A stretch of 63,945 bases of DNA, the filler included, from Aduncisulcus paluster (lineage: Eukaryota): the NCBI GenBank assembly GCA_024181965.1. It is 12 parts of 12 records of this genome, joined end to end, with 100 filler letters (N's around TTAATTAATTAA, not from the genome) between each part and the next. Parts side by side here need not be neighbours in the genome. Positions count along the whole stretch, not along the records: positions 1 to 15,094 come from BQXS01012353.1; positions 15,195 to 21,594 come from BQXS01012356.1; 10 more parts are not named here. One strand, 5' to 3'. Within the stretch, counting starts at the first letter, position 1; each line of letters starts with the position of its first letter. Below are positions 9,901 to 19,084 of the stretch, piece by piece. The notes under the pieces were generated by a model. That model was given only the letters and a program-made list of their open reading frames with translations, was not told where the DNA came from and made no database searches. Position numbers and translations under genes: made by a program.

Positions 9901-11222
9901 GATTCAACTTCATCTTTGCCAATAATACGGCCCCCACTAACATCAAAGGCAGCTTTGTCGAGAGTATCACCAACAACAGCTCCATTCAGACGGGAAAGGG
10001 AGTGAGCAACAGAGAGGCAATGCAGCATGGGGGATTGCTTGTCCCGAGTGGACAGGCATGACACATCTTCAATTTCACAGATAGCATTTGCAGGGAGGCC
10101 TTCGAAGGACGCCATTGCTTGGGCAGTATCAGCAGCAACGACACCACACACGTGAAGAGAATCTGTGGTGATAGTACCAGTCTTGTCAAGGACGACACAA
10201 TCCACTCCACCAGCAGAGGTAGTGGCAGAGGGAACAGTGGTACTAATACGACGTGTTTGAAGCATGCCAACGGCAAAACTAGTACCCACGCTGAGGATAG
10301 CAGGGAGTGTAGGGGGGATGACAACAGTAATAACATCACAAGCACGCAACACAATTTGCTGCCAACAGACCCCGAGAGAAGCAAAGCGGATGGCGGATAC
10401 AATGAATCCGAGAATGGCAATAACAGCAAGACAGACGAGGAAAGTAAATCCATCTTTTTCAAAAGAGAAATCGCTTCCTCTAGGTTTGGTAAGAGTCAAT
10501 AATAGCTTTCCTTTAGCGGTTTTAAATCCGGTACGAACTACAACAGCGAGCACTTCAGGATAATTGGTTGTTGTAGACAGGAACTTCGTACCTCCGTACA
10601 AAACATGCAGTTCCTCCTCTTCCTTAAGGGAAATAGGTAGTTTAGGGAGAGCGGACGAATCTTTAAGGCGATCACAAGACACCTTAACGACGGGAACGCT
10701 CTCACCAGTGAGCATTTGCTCATCAACAACACCTTCAACACCATCTAACAAAACAATATCGGCTGGAATAACACAAGGAGGCATGAGCTTGATGACATCT
10801 CCTGTTCTGAGATCATCACATTGTTTAATGTGGAAACTAGTAGAAGAGGAAAGAGTCGAACAATCAGCAGGGTTATTATGAACAAAGACAGACTCCTTAT
10901 TCAAACTCAACTGATAGATATTATTCATCGACTTTCGAGTCGCAACAAGAGAAATAATGAGGGAAACTATGGAAATGAGTAGAATGCAACTTCCGTAAAG
11001 AAAATAATCATCTAAACTCCATACAACAATAGCAAACAACTGAAAAATATAGAAGGGACTCACAATTTCAGTTACGAAATGTTTCCAAAGAGGTGGCGGC
11101 GGGATAGCAGTGGAATTAGATCCACGCCAATTATCAGTCAAAGATTCATTTTCTCCAACTGATGAGTTGGTGTTTTGCACAGAAAAACGAGCAGACATTG
11201 GTATCTGTTTTTGAAAAATCAC
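6930..11222 (-). CDS. P5B-type ATPase (ATP13A2/Ypk9-like); true start uncertain
   Basis: PFYIFQ, TGES, PPTLP (P5B-type M4, not the PPELP of P5A), DKTGT, KGAPD, TGD, GDGGND; multi-TM C-terminus. The frame is open to 11276 without ATG, so an upstream exon or a downstream ATG is possible. Confidence 0.92.
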   Translation of the reverse strand: MIFQKQIPMSARFSVQNTNSSVGENESLTDNWRGSNSTAIPPPPLWKHFVTEIVSPFYIFQLFAIVVWSLDDYFLYGSCILLISIVSLIISLVATRKSMNNIYQLSLNKESVFVHNNPADCSTLSSSTSFHIKQCDDLRTGDVIKLMPPCVIPADIVLLDGVEGVVDEQMLTGESVPVVKVSCDRLKDSSALPKLPISLKEEEELHVLYGGTKFLSTTTNYPEVLAVVVRTGFKTAKGKLLLTLTKPRGSDFSFEKDGFTFLVCLAVIAILGFIVSAIRFASLGVCWQQIVLRACDVITVVIPPTLPAILSVGTSFAVGMLQTRRISTTVPSATTSAGGVDCVVLDKTGTITTDSLHVCGVVAADTAQAMASFEGLPANAICEIEDVSCLSTRDKQSPMLHCLSVAHSLSRLNGAVVGDTLDKAAFDVSGGRIIGKDEVESIWLKQSKAYLSPSSSIARSITMPPVISKSICGVIAEDPTRINIPTSLIVRRFPFSSETKRMSVLCAYLDDTIPLLSSSSSSSSSSSESESRTLSESVRELYVKGAPDVIISLSNPESVPLAIHGTLKNIEEMGYRVIACARKTFKRVPMDSGATGDDSELYVALGSSSDDLDSTSTAPLDLITCSRDEVEHSLEFLGLVVVSNPLKQHSLGAISTIRQCGVPVIIATGDAVLTGVNVSVQGGVVNEDDVVYHSVVTKNPISGEDEISWNVVECTNTRRHLPPSLDPVSLRPVTCLEASTDNDDAESISTLSVSSAAGQGGSLAFSSSSLSSLSKSLASGTAHQVPIFTHSHGYRVAVSGAALELLVKDHETVVKHRLEVIARQKEEAELARLRTSKKRKSSSPVISLIRSSRFSASKSNDIVANINERFAEEEEEEELLHEGVSLLSKSPVRDILGDNEDDSLPIAMTSGATVPSTRSPSREDSKVSSAVCDVQEEGEVDEENVHISVNPSTSPTTLERVMQYACVFGRVKPFQKVQIINILQSLACRVMMIGDGGNDVGALRCASVGMSLRANDTEDPKDNEDSDVDVEEENGATTFEIDAPPCSLDIGVDLERGDMAIICEDNKLLVGSDEYCSTKSSKGSCPMSQSQLEGPPGSSSCSSSTLMSYSGSCSSSVGSSLGNSSVVGMEKSQKKKKRRRRRRKKHHSNHENQASVAAPITSQSSSLNAAHTLLSIGRASLVTSFRGFKFMILYSMFQFICVSSLYWINSNLSDFQWIWTDLIVIWPIAIAMCSQKPTEKLASTPCWRRLICSPIVMAVVAHTLTAAISQAIVRVALEHQPWFVPLHEDSKSDNVYCWENTVAFLFTNYQYIFGGIALCFYSPHLEGLHKNVPLIISALLLLGINTWLLLFPTDWAISIFGLTDVREHRSFCLFVLFIAIVHFVMMLIVEVVLELEIFSFFRESVKDIHKKRMFQIAQVVEEEVFSEIPN

Positions 11223-11547
11223 ATAACCAAAGAAAACAGATTCAGTTTGTTCGTCCCTGGCAAAAATACTAATTCTTCAGAAGTCTTGGAATATTATTAT
11301 TTATGATGGAGGCAACTACTAGATAACAGGTTTATTATCTGTAAAACTAGAGGAATCAATCAAGAACCTGGAATCAAGCATGTTTGATTAGGTTGGAGTG
11401 CAATTTGATTATTATAGAGTGGAAATCAAAAATTCTGAATCCAAAAAGTAAAATTTATACCCCCAAAAGTATATTTATTGGCTTAATTAATGATTTGAAA
11501 AATTTCAATCTTCTACTCCCATGTTGGCCCATACTATAAATTCATAA

Positions 11548-12570
11548 ATGGATGCAGAGGCGATAAAAGATGAATTAGAATTGTGGTCTCAATTATTTGA
11601 TGTTCGTACTTCACTATTTAAGATTCAGAAACATATGAATGCTCTACCAACAGGAAAGTTGATGAAGGATCTTTCAAAGGATAAAGCAATAGTCAAAGAA
11701 AAAGAAACTGCAATCTCAACAGCTTGTGATTTACTGCAATCATTAACAGAGGTTTCCAGTTCGTTATCTAGGAGGAAACCCTTTCAAAAATATACCGAAG
11801 ATAAAACTGTGAAGGTTATAAATGCTGAAAAATTAAAGAAAACGTTGAAGAAAAAAGATTTTGATGATGTAAAGTCCAAATTGGTATTCTGCCCCCAGGC
11901 CATCGAGAAAGCAACAATATCCATATTAAGGGAGACTCAAGAGGGACAATCAACGAGTATTTCAGGATTAAAAGCATTTAATCAAGATATTATGGCTCAG
12001 ATTGAATATATTTTGACTGATAACAATCGTCTTGTTCAGAGGACCAGGAAGAACAGAGATGGGGTCGGAATAATATGTGAATTAAAGGATACTGCTGGTA
12101 AACGAATAATGATTGAGCGACAAAAAGGAGAAGGAAGCATTAGAGAGCTATTCTCCGGAATATCAAAAATTGACAAAGATGAAGCTGATTCTACGGGTTC
12201 TTCAGCGGAAGATCGTTCAAAAGCAGACACCAGCAAAGAAAGAGGGGAGAAAGATGAAATTGTTAAGGCTTTTCTTCCATCGAGTCCTCATATCTTCAAT
12301 GATGGAGATTTGTACCATAAGCAGGTACAGGCGTTGCTTTCAAGCGGCGTGAAAATCCGTGACAACGAGAAAATGAAAGAGATTCTTTCCGGTCATTCTG
12401 GAACTGAAGGAAAAGAAAAGAAAGTCTATGGGCAAAAATTGGGGAAAGGAAGAAAGTTAAAGCATGATGTTCACAAAGAATTGATGGGATTTATGCCTGC
12501 CAGGCCACTGTCTTACCCTGACATGACAGATGGATTGTTTAGGGGGCTGTTTGGAGGTTATTCCGAGTAA
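11548..12570 (+). CDS. BFR2: AATF/Bfr2 ribosome biogenesis factor
   Basis: N-terminal LWSQLFDVR…NALP and C-terminal TRAUB-type IFNDGDLY…KGRKLKHDVHKELMGFMP motifs. Confidence 0.8.
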   Translation: MDAEAIKDELELWSQLFDVRTSLFKIQKHMNALPTGKLMKDLSKDKAIVKEKETAISTACDLLQSLTEVSSSLSRRKPFQKYTEDKTVKVINAEKLKKTLKKKDFDDVKSKLVFCPQAIEKATISILRETQEGQSTSISGLKAFNQDIMAQIEYILTDNNRLVQRTRKNRDGVGIICELKDTAGKRIMIERQKGEGSIRELFSGISKIDKDEADSTGSSAEDRSKADTSKERGEKDEIVKAFLPSSPHIFNDGDLYHKQVQALLSSGVKIRDNEKMKEILSGHSGTEGKEKKVYGQKLGKGRKLKHDVHKELMGFMPARPLSYPDMTDGLFRGLFGGYSE

Positions 12571-12666
12571 ATCCATGAGATACGATTAAATTGTAACGAT
12601 TAATTTAATTTAGGCTCAAATTAAATTTGACAAATTTAGTAAAATTTTACGAAAAAGAAATTAGAG

Positions 12667-12779
12667 TTTTTTTTTTTTTTCTTGTGAGAAAGCCTTTCTC
12701 ACTGGCGGTGTAGTCTCTGACTCTCACGACTTCAGGCCCTGACAGTCGGGCTGGAAGACTCTTCCAGGTGTTGGAGACC
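12667..12779. other. GC-rich multi-hairpin element abutting a T14 run (A14 on minus strand)
   Basis: Hairpins gtgagaaa-gcc-tttctcac, cgact-tcag-gcc-ctga-c-agtcg and ctggaag-act-cttccag. The last two are enclosed by gtctctgac/gttggagac. Confidence 0.55.
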
Positions 12780-12950
12780 AAAAATAGAAATGCGAGGGCC
12801 AATCTCAAGTTAAACGTGACGTTTTGGAATACGAATAGACAAATGCAAGATGTTTTAGAATAAATGCTTTACTTTTTGTGAACATGAAACGTACCAAGAT
12901 TACATAAATAATACCACGTTTTGAGACCATCGTCTTCACGTCAAAAATTG

Positions 12951-13490
12951 TTACAGTATCGTACAACATTCATCAGTAGGAACACGACAGAACCAAATCC
13001 CGTTGAAATGATTTTGTGTGAGGTCACCATTCCATGTAGAAATGATCTCAATTTTACAAGAAATAACTGCGGCAATCGGTTCAATCTCGAATCGTTGCCA
13101 AAAGTAATGTTGAGAATCACGCTTTTCCATCTGGAACCTATGAACAATAGTCTGTTCCCCACGACACGGTTTTTTACAACAGAACGTAATCTTGAAGTCT
13201 TTGATCCCATGTGGCCAACTGTGATGGCTTACAAAGATCGACTTGAGAAATTCTGGTTCAACAAATGGAAGGAACAATTCAGATTTGAAGTAAAATTGTC
13301 TTTCCCATTGTAGGAACTCTTTTAATTCCCTCTCTCCATCGGGAAATTTGGGATTTAAGTCCCCATAAGCTTTGCTCCCATCAATTTTAGCCACACAAGA
13401 ATGATGAGGTTCCCATGGGGTTCCCGCCCCAAAAAGAGACCACCCACCCTTTTTCCCAAGATCAAAAACAGTTTCACCAATTATCGGCAT
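12951..13490 (-). CDS. Family gene B2 with C-terminal CaaX box (CCTIL)
   Basis: Intact 179-aa paralogue of B1, sharing FYFKSEL and GDLTQNHFNGI; ends C-T-I-L. Confidence 0.85.
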   Translation of the reverse strand: MPIIGETVFDLGKKGGWSLFGAGTPWEPHHSCVAKIDGSKAYGDLNPKFPDGERELKEFLQWERQFYFKSELFLPFVEPEFLKSIFVSHHSWPHGIKDFKITFCCKKPCRGEQTIVHRFQMEKRDSQHYFWQRFEIEPIAAVISCKIEIISTWNGDLTQNHFNGIWFCRVPTDECCTIL

Positions 13491-13763
13491 TATGTATCAA
13501 GCGTATAAATATTTTGTGCAAGGAAAAAACAGAAATAGTTTCTGAATCTTGGAACCATCCCAAAAATAGAAATGTGAGGGCCAATCTCAAGTTAATCTCT
13601 CCAGGCCGCATATAACAATCGTATTAGTTGTAAGACACACGAAAATGAGTTGTTTTAGAAAATAATAATCGGAAATAAACCATTAATATCGCAGTGAAAC
13701 GTCAAAATTCAAAGAAATGAGGATCAAAGAAATAATCAATATTTTGATCATCAAGATCAACTT

Positions 13764-14332
13764 CTACAACCATGGCAACATCGACAATCGTTCAATGGTT
13801 GCAAGTTCATGCTATTTAGTGGCTAAAATTATCTCTCGCTTCTTGTCAATCACAAATCGAATGGCTTGCAAATTAATAAAATCTTGTTTTCCATCCCATG
13901 ACGATATAACATGAATATCACAAGAAATAACATTATCAAGATCTATCGGGAACTCTTGCCAGAAATAATGCTCTGGAGGCATCTTTCCCATTTGATATTC
14001 TTTTGTAATCTTCTTGCCATCAGAAGTTGTGAATGTAGCATCGAAATCTTTGATTCCATGAGGAAAACTATGCTGACTTACAACAAACTTACTGAGATAA
14101 TGAGATGAGATGAATGGGAGATGTAAATTGGGATTGAAAAAGATGTAAACTTCACCTCGTAAGAATCGCAATAAACTAGAATGATTATGACCATGATGAT
14201 AATCCCCATATGCTCTATAGATCCATCAATTTCAGCTAGATCTGGATGACCAACAGGGTAGGAACCTATGTACATTGGTGAGATATCACTATATCCTCCA
14301 AAACTCATAATCTCTTTACCCACAATCATCAT
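13764..14332 (-). pseudogene. Family gene A2, frameshifted and with a premature stop
   Basis: A 2-nt insertion near 14217 breaks IDGS|KAYGD. TAG at 13812-13814 sits where the left arm has GAG, followed in frame by HELATIERLSMLPWL*. Confidence 0.75.
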
Positions 14333-15094
14333 TGGACCTCAAAACACGAAATAATTATGACGTTATAATAAAATAAGGTGTAATTTATAATAATAAATAA
14401 TCAATATGCAATGAAAACGAGTTTTTAAAAACAGCATAAAGGTGAAAACTCGATATCAATAACTCTCTGTGCATATATATTTTTTCCATTCATGATATCT
14501 CGGAATTTCAACTTTCAAAAAGGATAATTTCCAATAGTTTCGATGAGATATGCAAAGTTTCTGTTCTACATCCGGATTTGGTCAAGTGTCGTGCATCATC
14601 ACTGCTGTTCCAGGATATCACTGTGGCAAATGTATCTACAGACATGCTATTTTGAATACATTCGCTTTGCTTTCACCCGATCTCATGAGTTGATTATTGT
14701 GTATATACTATGTCGAGGTTTGTGGATGTCAAATCTCGTGTACTGCTCTGCAATCGGATCATGCTAAACTGTGACCTTAATTTATGATTCCATTGTACTC
14801 CCTAATTGCTTTTCAACCCGTTTGAGATGAGTGTATCATTTCCTCTTCCTATTATGTTTCTAATCATCACTGGGTTTCGATTGGAGTGTTATTAGCTTTC
14901 ATTTACAGTGTAATTCTATGTTATAACGTGTCTTCCAATGCTCTCATTGTCGCGGGTCATTGTTTCTGACGACCGAGTGATTGTGACTCACTGATGAGTC
15001 ATGACGACTCGCTCCACCTTATTCTTGCCGTTGTGTGGAGGTGTATCCCCCCTTTTGTTCGCAATCAACAATTTGTCAATTGCTATTTATTGAT

Positions 15095-15194
15095 NNNNNN
15101 NNNNNNNNNNNNNNNNNNNNNNNNNNNNNNNNNNNNNNTTAATTAATTAANNNNNNNNNNNNNNNNNNNNNNNNNNNNNNNNNNNNNNNNNNNN
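15095..15194. other. Artificial contig linker; identical linkers at 21595, 28201, 31767, 35587, 42526, 46600, 51948, 55637, 58298, 61939
   Basis: N44-TTAATTAATTAA-N44; the core gives stops in all six frames. Confidence 0.99.
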
Positions 15195-15248
15195 GGTGAA
15201 ATAGCACAAAGATCAGTATTAAATGTATCGGATGATCAGGATCTGGCA

Positions 15249-15284
15249 TTGGAGTTGGAGTTGGAGTTGGAGTTGGAGTTGGAG
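15249..15284 (+). repeat. (TTGGAG)6 microsatellite
   Basis: Six perfect hexamers. Confidence 0.9.
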
Positions 15285-15849
15285 TTGGGTGGAATTAAAT
15301 GGGAGAAGGAAATGTCGTGTTCCATGAAGCATCAGGGGATTAGATTCGTAACAGTATACAGACATATGTATATCATCGTATTCTGAGTTCTTGATATTTT
15401 TGATTGTAAGCAAAAGCGAGTGAAAATGAACAGATACTTACTTTATAGGATAGAAATGAAATGGAAATATATCCATGTTATTGAATAGCATTGAAATCGT
15501 TCATAAATGTTCTTAACGCGTGAAATAGAATTATATCCAGTCCTGATGGGTCTCCAAAAGCCTGAGATATCGAGAATAAACACCATGGCATGGAAATGGA
15601 AATAAAACATGTTTTTATCATTTACCAGCATTTCATTCGTCTATATGTGTTTTTTTTAATTTCCAATCTTATCTATTGAAGGGTTGCTTGTTCAGTCCAT
15701 TTTTTCGATTTCTTGACAAACAAGCAAATCGTATGTTTACTATATGTCATATCCTTTATTAAATGCATATTAAGAAATATATTAACCGAATACATTCATT
15801 ATTCTGCTCGTATTTATTGTTTTAGATAAGAAATTCTATCTCTATTCAA

Positions 15850-16947
15850 ATGAGTTCATCCACAGATGCTGTTATTCAAACTGTGGACCCTGAGTTTGTT
15901 CATGAAGGAGATTATTATTGTTGTCCAATTCCTGGAGATGCCCCTAATATTAAGAGTGCAACATTTCCAACTATAAAAGCAATAGATGGAACTGAGGAAG
16001 AAGGTGATAAAAAGTACGATCAGAGTTTTGAGGCACAAATAATGATGAAAGGAGAGTGTAATGATGGACATTTTACCCATATCTCCATTCCTTTCTCTTC
16101 GTCTTCCCCAATGAAAGGGGCTTATATATGTCTTGATGGTGATTCTTCACCTCCATCACATCTTATCTTCACTTTCACATCTTCAAAGGGTGATAAAACA
16201 TCCAAGAAATACGAATTTCCTGGATTTTATGGTTGGCATTGGTATTTCCTTCCTGTTGATCTCCCTGATGTTGTTCTGTGTGAATTTACAGGGAAAGGAA
16301 GATATAGCAAGTATTTTGGAATCATCTCCCTCGTTTTCATTAGAGAAGAAACACCTGAAGAAATCACATCTCGTGAAGCCAGAGAGAAATTATGGTCTGA
16401 AGCTCCAGTTGTGAAACCAGAGTTTGTTAAGAAAGGAGATGAAGAATCTTATGGTAAAGATTCTATTCCCATTCCACGAGATGATCCAAAGCTTGTAGAT
16501 CCTTCATTCTCAATGGTTAAGTGCAAGGATGATGTGTATAGTAAGGAATCTGAGGAGTATGATAAGAGTTCAGATGCACAAAAAATGTTAAAAGGGGAAT
16601 GTGGTGTTTACTTATCCCATCTTTCCATCTCTTTCCCATCACCTAGTCCTATGAAAGGTGCTTATATCTGTGTGAGTGACTATGGCTGTTCACCCTCTCT
16701 TCTCTTCACTTTCACTGATTGTGATGGTAAGAAGATATTCAAGAAGTATGAATTCACTGAACCTAAATGTTGGTTTGAATGGTACTTCCTTCCTATTGAT
16801 TTGTCAGATGTTGTATTGTGTGAGATTGAAGGGAAAGGAATGTGGTGTAATAAGAATAGTCGATGGTTCGAGATATACTCCCTTGTATTTACTATGCCCG
16901 AGGAAACCATTGCAGCTGAACGATTATCTCTTCTTCCATGGAAATAA
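15850..16947 (+). CDS. Family gene with two tandem copies of the domain
   Basis: Internal repeat (PEFV…PIP…MxKGE…HxSIxF…SPMKGAYIC…FTFT…KKYEF…WYFLPxDLxDVVLCE) twice; tail ERLSLLPWK. Confidence 0.85.
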   Translation: MSSSTDAVIQTVDPEFVHEGDYYCCPIPGDAPNIKSATFPTIKAIDGTEEEGDKKYDQSFEAQIMMKGECNDGHFTHISIPFSSSSPMKGAYICLDGDSSPPSHLIFTFTSSKGDKTSKKYEFPGFYGWHWYFLPVDLPDVVLCEFTGKGRYSKYFGIISLVFIREETPEEITSREAREKLWSEAPVVKPEFVKKGDEESYGKDSIPIPRDDPKLVDPSFSMVKCKDDVYSKESEEYDKSSDAQKMLKGECGVYLSHLSISFPSPSPMKGAYICVSDYGCSPSLLFTFTDCDGKKIFKKYEFTEPKCWFEWYFLPIDLSDVVLCEIEGKGMWCNKNSRWFEIYSLVFTMPEETIAAERLSLLPWK

Positions 16948-17799
16948 TTCAAGAAATGGTATGAAATGCTAATATTGTGTTAAGAATATATAAAAAATAA
17001 GTACCTGTTTTTATTTCCGGGGTCTTTATTCTAGATTGTTGGACAAAATTCTGTTCACTCTTTTTTCTATGATGATTACGAAATGGATGAGGAGGAATCT
17101 TATGAGGAATATTTTCACATACGCAGTGATTGCAAGATTTCGGTTGATATATCGTCAGCTTATTTCCAACAAATCAAAGATTTTGCCGTATATATTGCGG
17201 GTCTACCGATACTACTTGAGTAAAGTGAATCAATTAATTTATTTGAACATGAAGAAGTAAGACTCTTAAAGAGTCACTCTTTGCTCGGAGCACTGTTTTA
17301 TGGAATCGAGCATGGTACTACCATTCATAGTATGAAAAAAGGTAATAGGTACAACAAAAGAATATTTATCGCACACCGAACATTAATTTAAATTGTAGAA
17401 AATAACACTACCAGCAAAATTAATGCTTTATCCAAAGATTCAGCTTCCGCCAAGTTAATTTTGTTGCTATTTACAATTTAACTGAAAGTGATTCCCTCCA
17501 AATGAATTTTTACTGATTGCTGTAAACTGAATATTAGACTCCAAACATCGGCATATGATGTTTCATGTTCTTTCTTGGGATGAATTTTTTATCAATGAGA
17601 ATAAGAGGATAAAACATGATAAAAGGTATAATTTCATCCCGAAAACATTTTGTGGAGCAAACGGCATGATTTTATTGATTTGATTCCTCTCTTTATACTG
17701 TGCCTTCATAACATCTTCTTTGTACAACCTCTTAAGGATATTTTTCCAAGTAATTCCCAATATTCCTGGAATATTACGATAAAAACGGAGCTTAAAGCC

Positions 17800-18504
17800 A
17801 TTACAACTCGATGTCCATGCCATTATTCCCCCTTCGAATGCTTGTTGCTGTTTGTAAATGATATCTGTTTGATTATCGAACCTTTTGATACCTTATTGTT
17901 CTTTTTATTCACTTCTTGAGTCATAAAACTGAACTTAAGTGGTTTATTATTTGCCATACTACTCCCTAAAATACTGCTACAAACTAAAAACACTCAATTT
18001 TCTGGTTCTGTTCGTTGCTCCTGGTTTCCACCCATTGTCTCTGAAAGTAATTGAGAAAATGGCACAACTGCTCCTCGCTTAACTCATTTGAATCTCGAAT
18101 ATCACATCAATAGCATCAATAACATCAATACTATTCCCCAATCTGTGTGTCACATCATCTTATTCTTGGATGATTCTCGATTCGTGATCTTTCCTTTGTT
18201 TTGCCGAATCCAAGCTTTTCTCTTCTCCTTGAATCATAAGAAGAGAACTAGAACTGGGTCTATGGAGTCTATTCTTTTTATTCTTGACTTCACCAATCTC
18301 CTATCTATCTATGAGTAAATTTCCCCCCTTTTACCCCCATCCGTGGGGGTCCCCCCTGTACGGTGGTTGCACTGTACATTTCTTTAATATATTTTTTTCC
18401 CAAAAAAACAAACAAACAAAAAAAAAATACAAACTTTCCACCGGCGGTGGCTGAGAAAAGTGGGGGAACCTCTATCGAAAAAATATTTGATATTTGCATT
18501 CTTT
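17800..18504 (+). repeat. ~700-bp dispersed repeat, copy 1 (copy 2 at 27517..28189, reverse complement)
   Basis: Direct sequence match. The core 18315-18504 is nearly identical and carries GC-rich hairpins. Confidence 0.9.
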
Positions 18505-18546
18505 ATTGATTTGTTGCGAATATGGTATTTTATATTGATCTGGTAT

Positions 18547-18840
18547 TGAACCTTGTTCCGGGGATAAAACGCCGTTTTATTTCCAACGGAAATATCGGGG
18601 GATAAAACGAAAATACCGGGACCGGCAGGTGCCGGTATTTAAAATACCGGCAAAATGTTCCAGCCAGAAATAGTCATTAAATTAAACATTTATGATATTA
18701 TTTTAAAGAATTTGTGTGTTTATAACTCGATTTAAGCATTTGAAACATTGTAACTATTTGATATCAGACATTGGAAGTATTTGGGAGTTTTTGTCACCGG
18801 CAACTGCCGGTACGCCGCCGGCAAAACCGAGTAGGTCTAA
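18547..18840. mobile_element. Possible MITE-like element with clustered ACCGGCA/TGCCGGT palindromes
   Basis: accggca-gg-tgccggt, tgccggtattt-a-aaataccggca, accggca-ac-tgccggt and gggataaaacg x2 cluster at both ends of an AT-rich centre. The TIR is weak. Confidence 0.4.
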
Positions 18841-19084
18841 AATCTGGAGGGGACATATTTTATATGAAGCCACATTTTAATTTTATTAGATTGGATTATT
18901 TATTTATGTTTCTGTATTTATAATTACTGTATTCAACTCAAATCAATTCTGACGAGATATTTTTTTTTTCGATCAATATTGCAGGGAAACCAGTTTTGTT
19001 ACCTATACATAACAAATAGGAATTGGATTTCTGATTTTTTTGTCGCCTTCAATTCGTTTGAAATAGTACTCACGAACATAAACT

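Larger units (their letters stand above)
12827..14332. repeat. Right arm of the inverted duplication (partner 457..2112)
   Basis: Reverse complement of the left arm. Inner boundary gaatacgaatagac at 12827 corresponds to gtctattcgtattc ending at 2112. Confidence 0.95.

Noticed and set aside
6985..10881. Many short overlapping or antisense ORFs in the six-frame track
   Set aside because: They are shadows of long real genes with no independent motifs; the same applies throughout the window.
12704..12722. U2 snRNA (GTGTAGTxTCTG) or tRNA 5' end
   Set aside because: Branch-pairing GUAGUA is not intact, the flanking U2 sequence does not match, and there is no cloverleaf or acceptor complement.
13812..13814. 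TAG reassigned to an amino acid (as in hexamitid diplomonads), also at 23168
   Set aside because: Conserved genes here end at TAA or TAG at expected positions (Rab, V-ATPase c, copine, kinesin) and long ORFs have no internal TAR; both cases are in otherwise damaged genes.
457..14332. Giant transposon with TIRs carrying three housekeeping genes
   Set aside because: The arms are diverged host-type gene cassettes, the family array continues beyond the left arm, and no transposase or TSD is seen.
14983..15010. Hammerhead ribozyme (CTGATGAG)
   Set aside because: No GAAA after stem II; it is only a TGACTCA-ctga-TGAGTCA palindrome.
15095..15194. Recurrent TTAATTAATTAA palindrome flanked by Ns, and ORFs reading through it
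   Set aside because: Artificial contig linker; ORFs ending in X…LIN are truncated, not real termini.
15249..15284. Telomeric repeat
   Set aside because: Only six TTGGAG units, internal to the contig.
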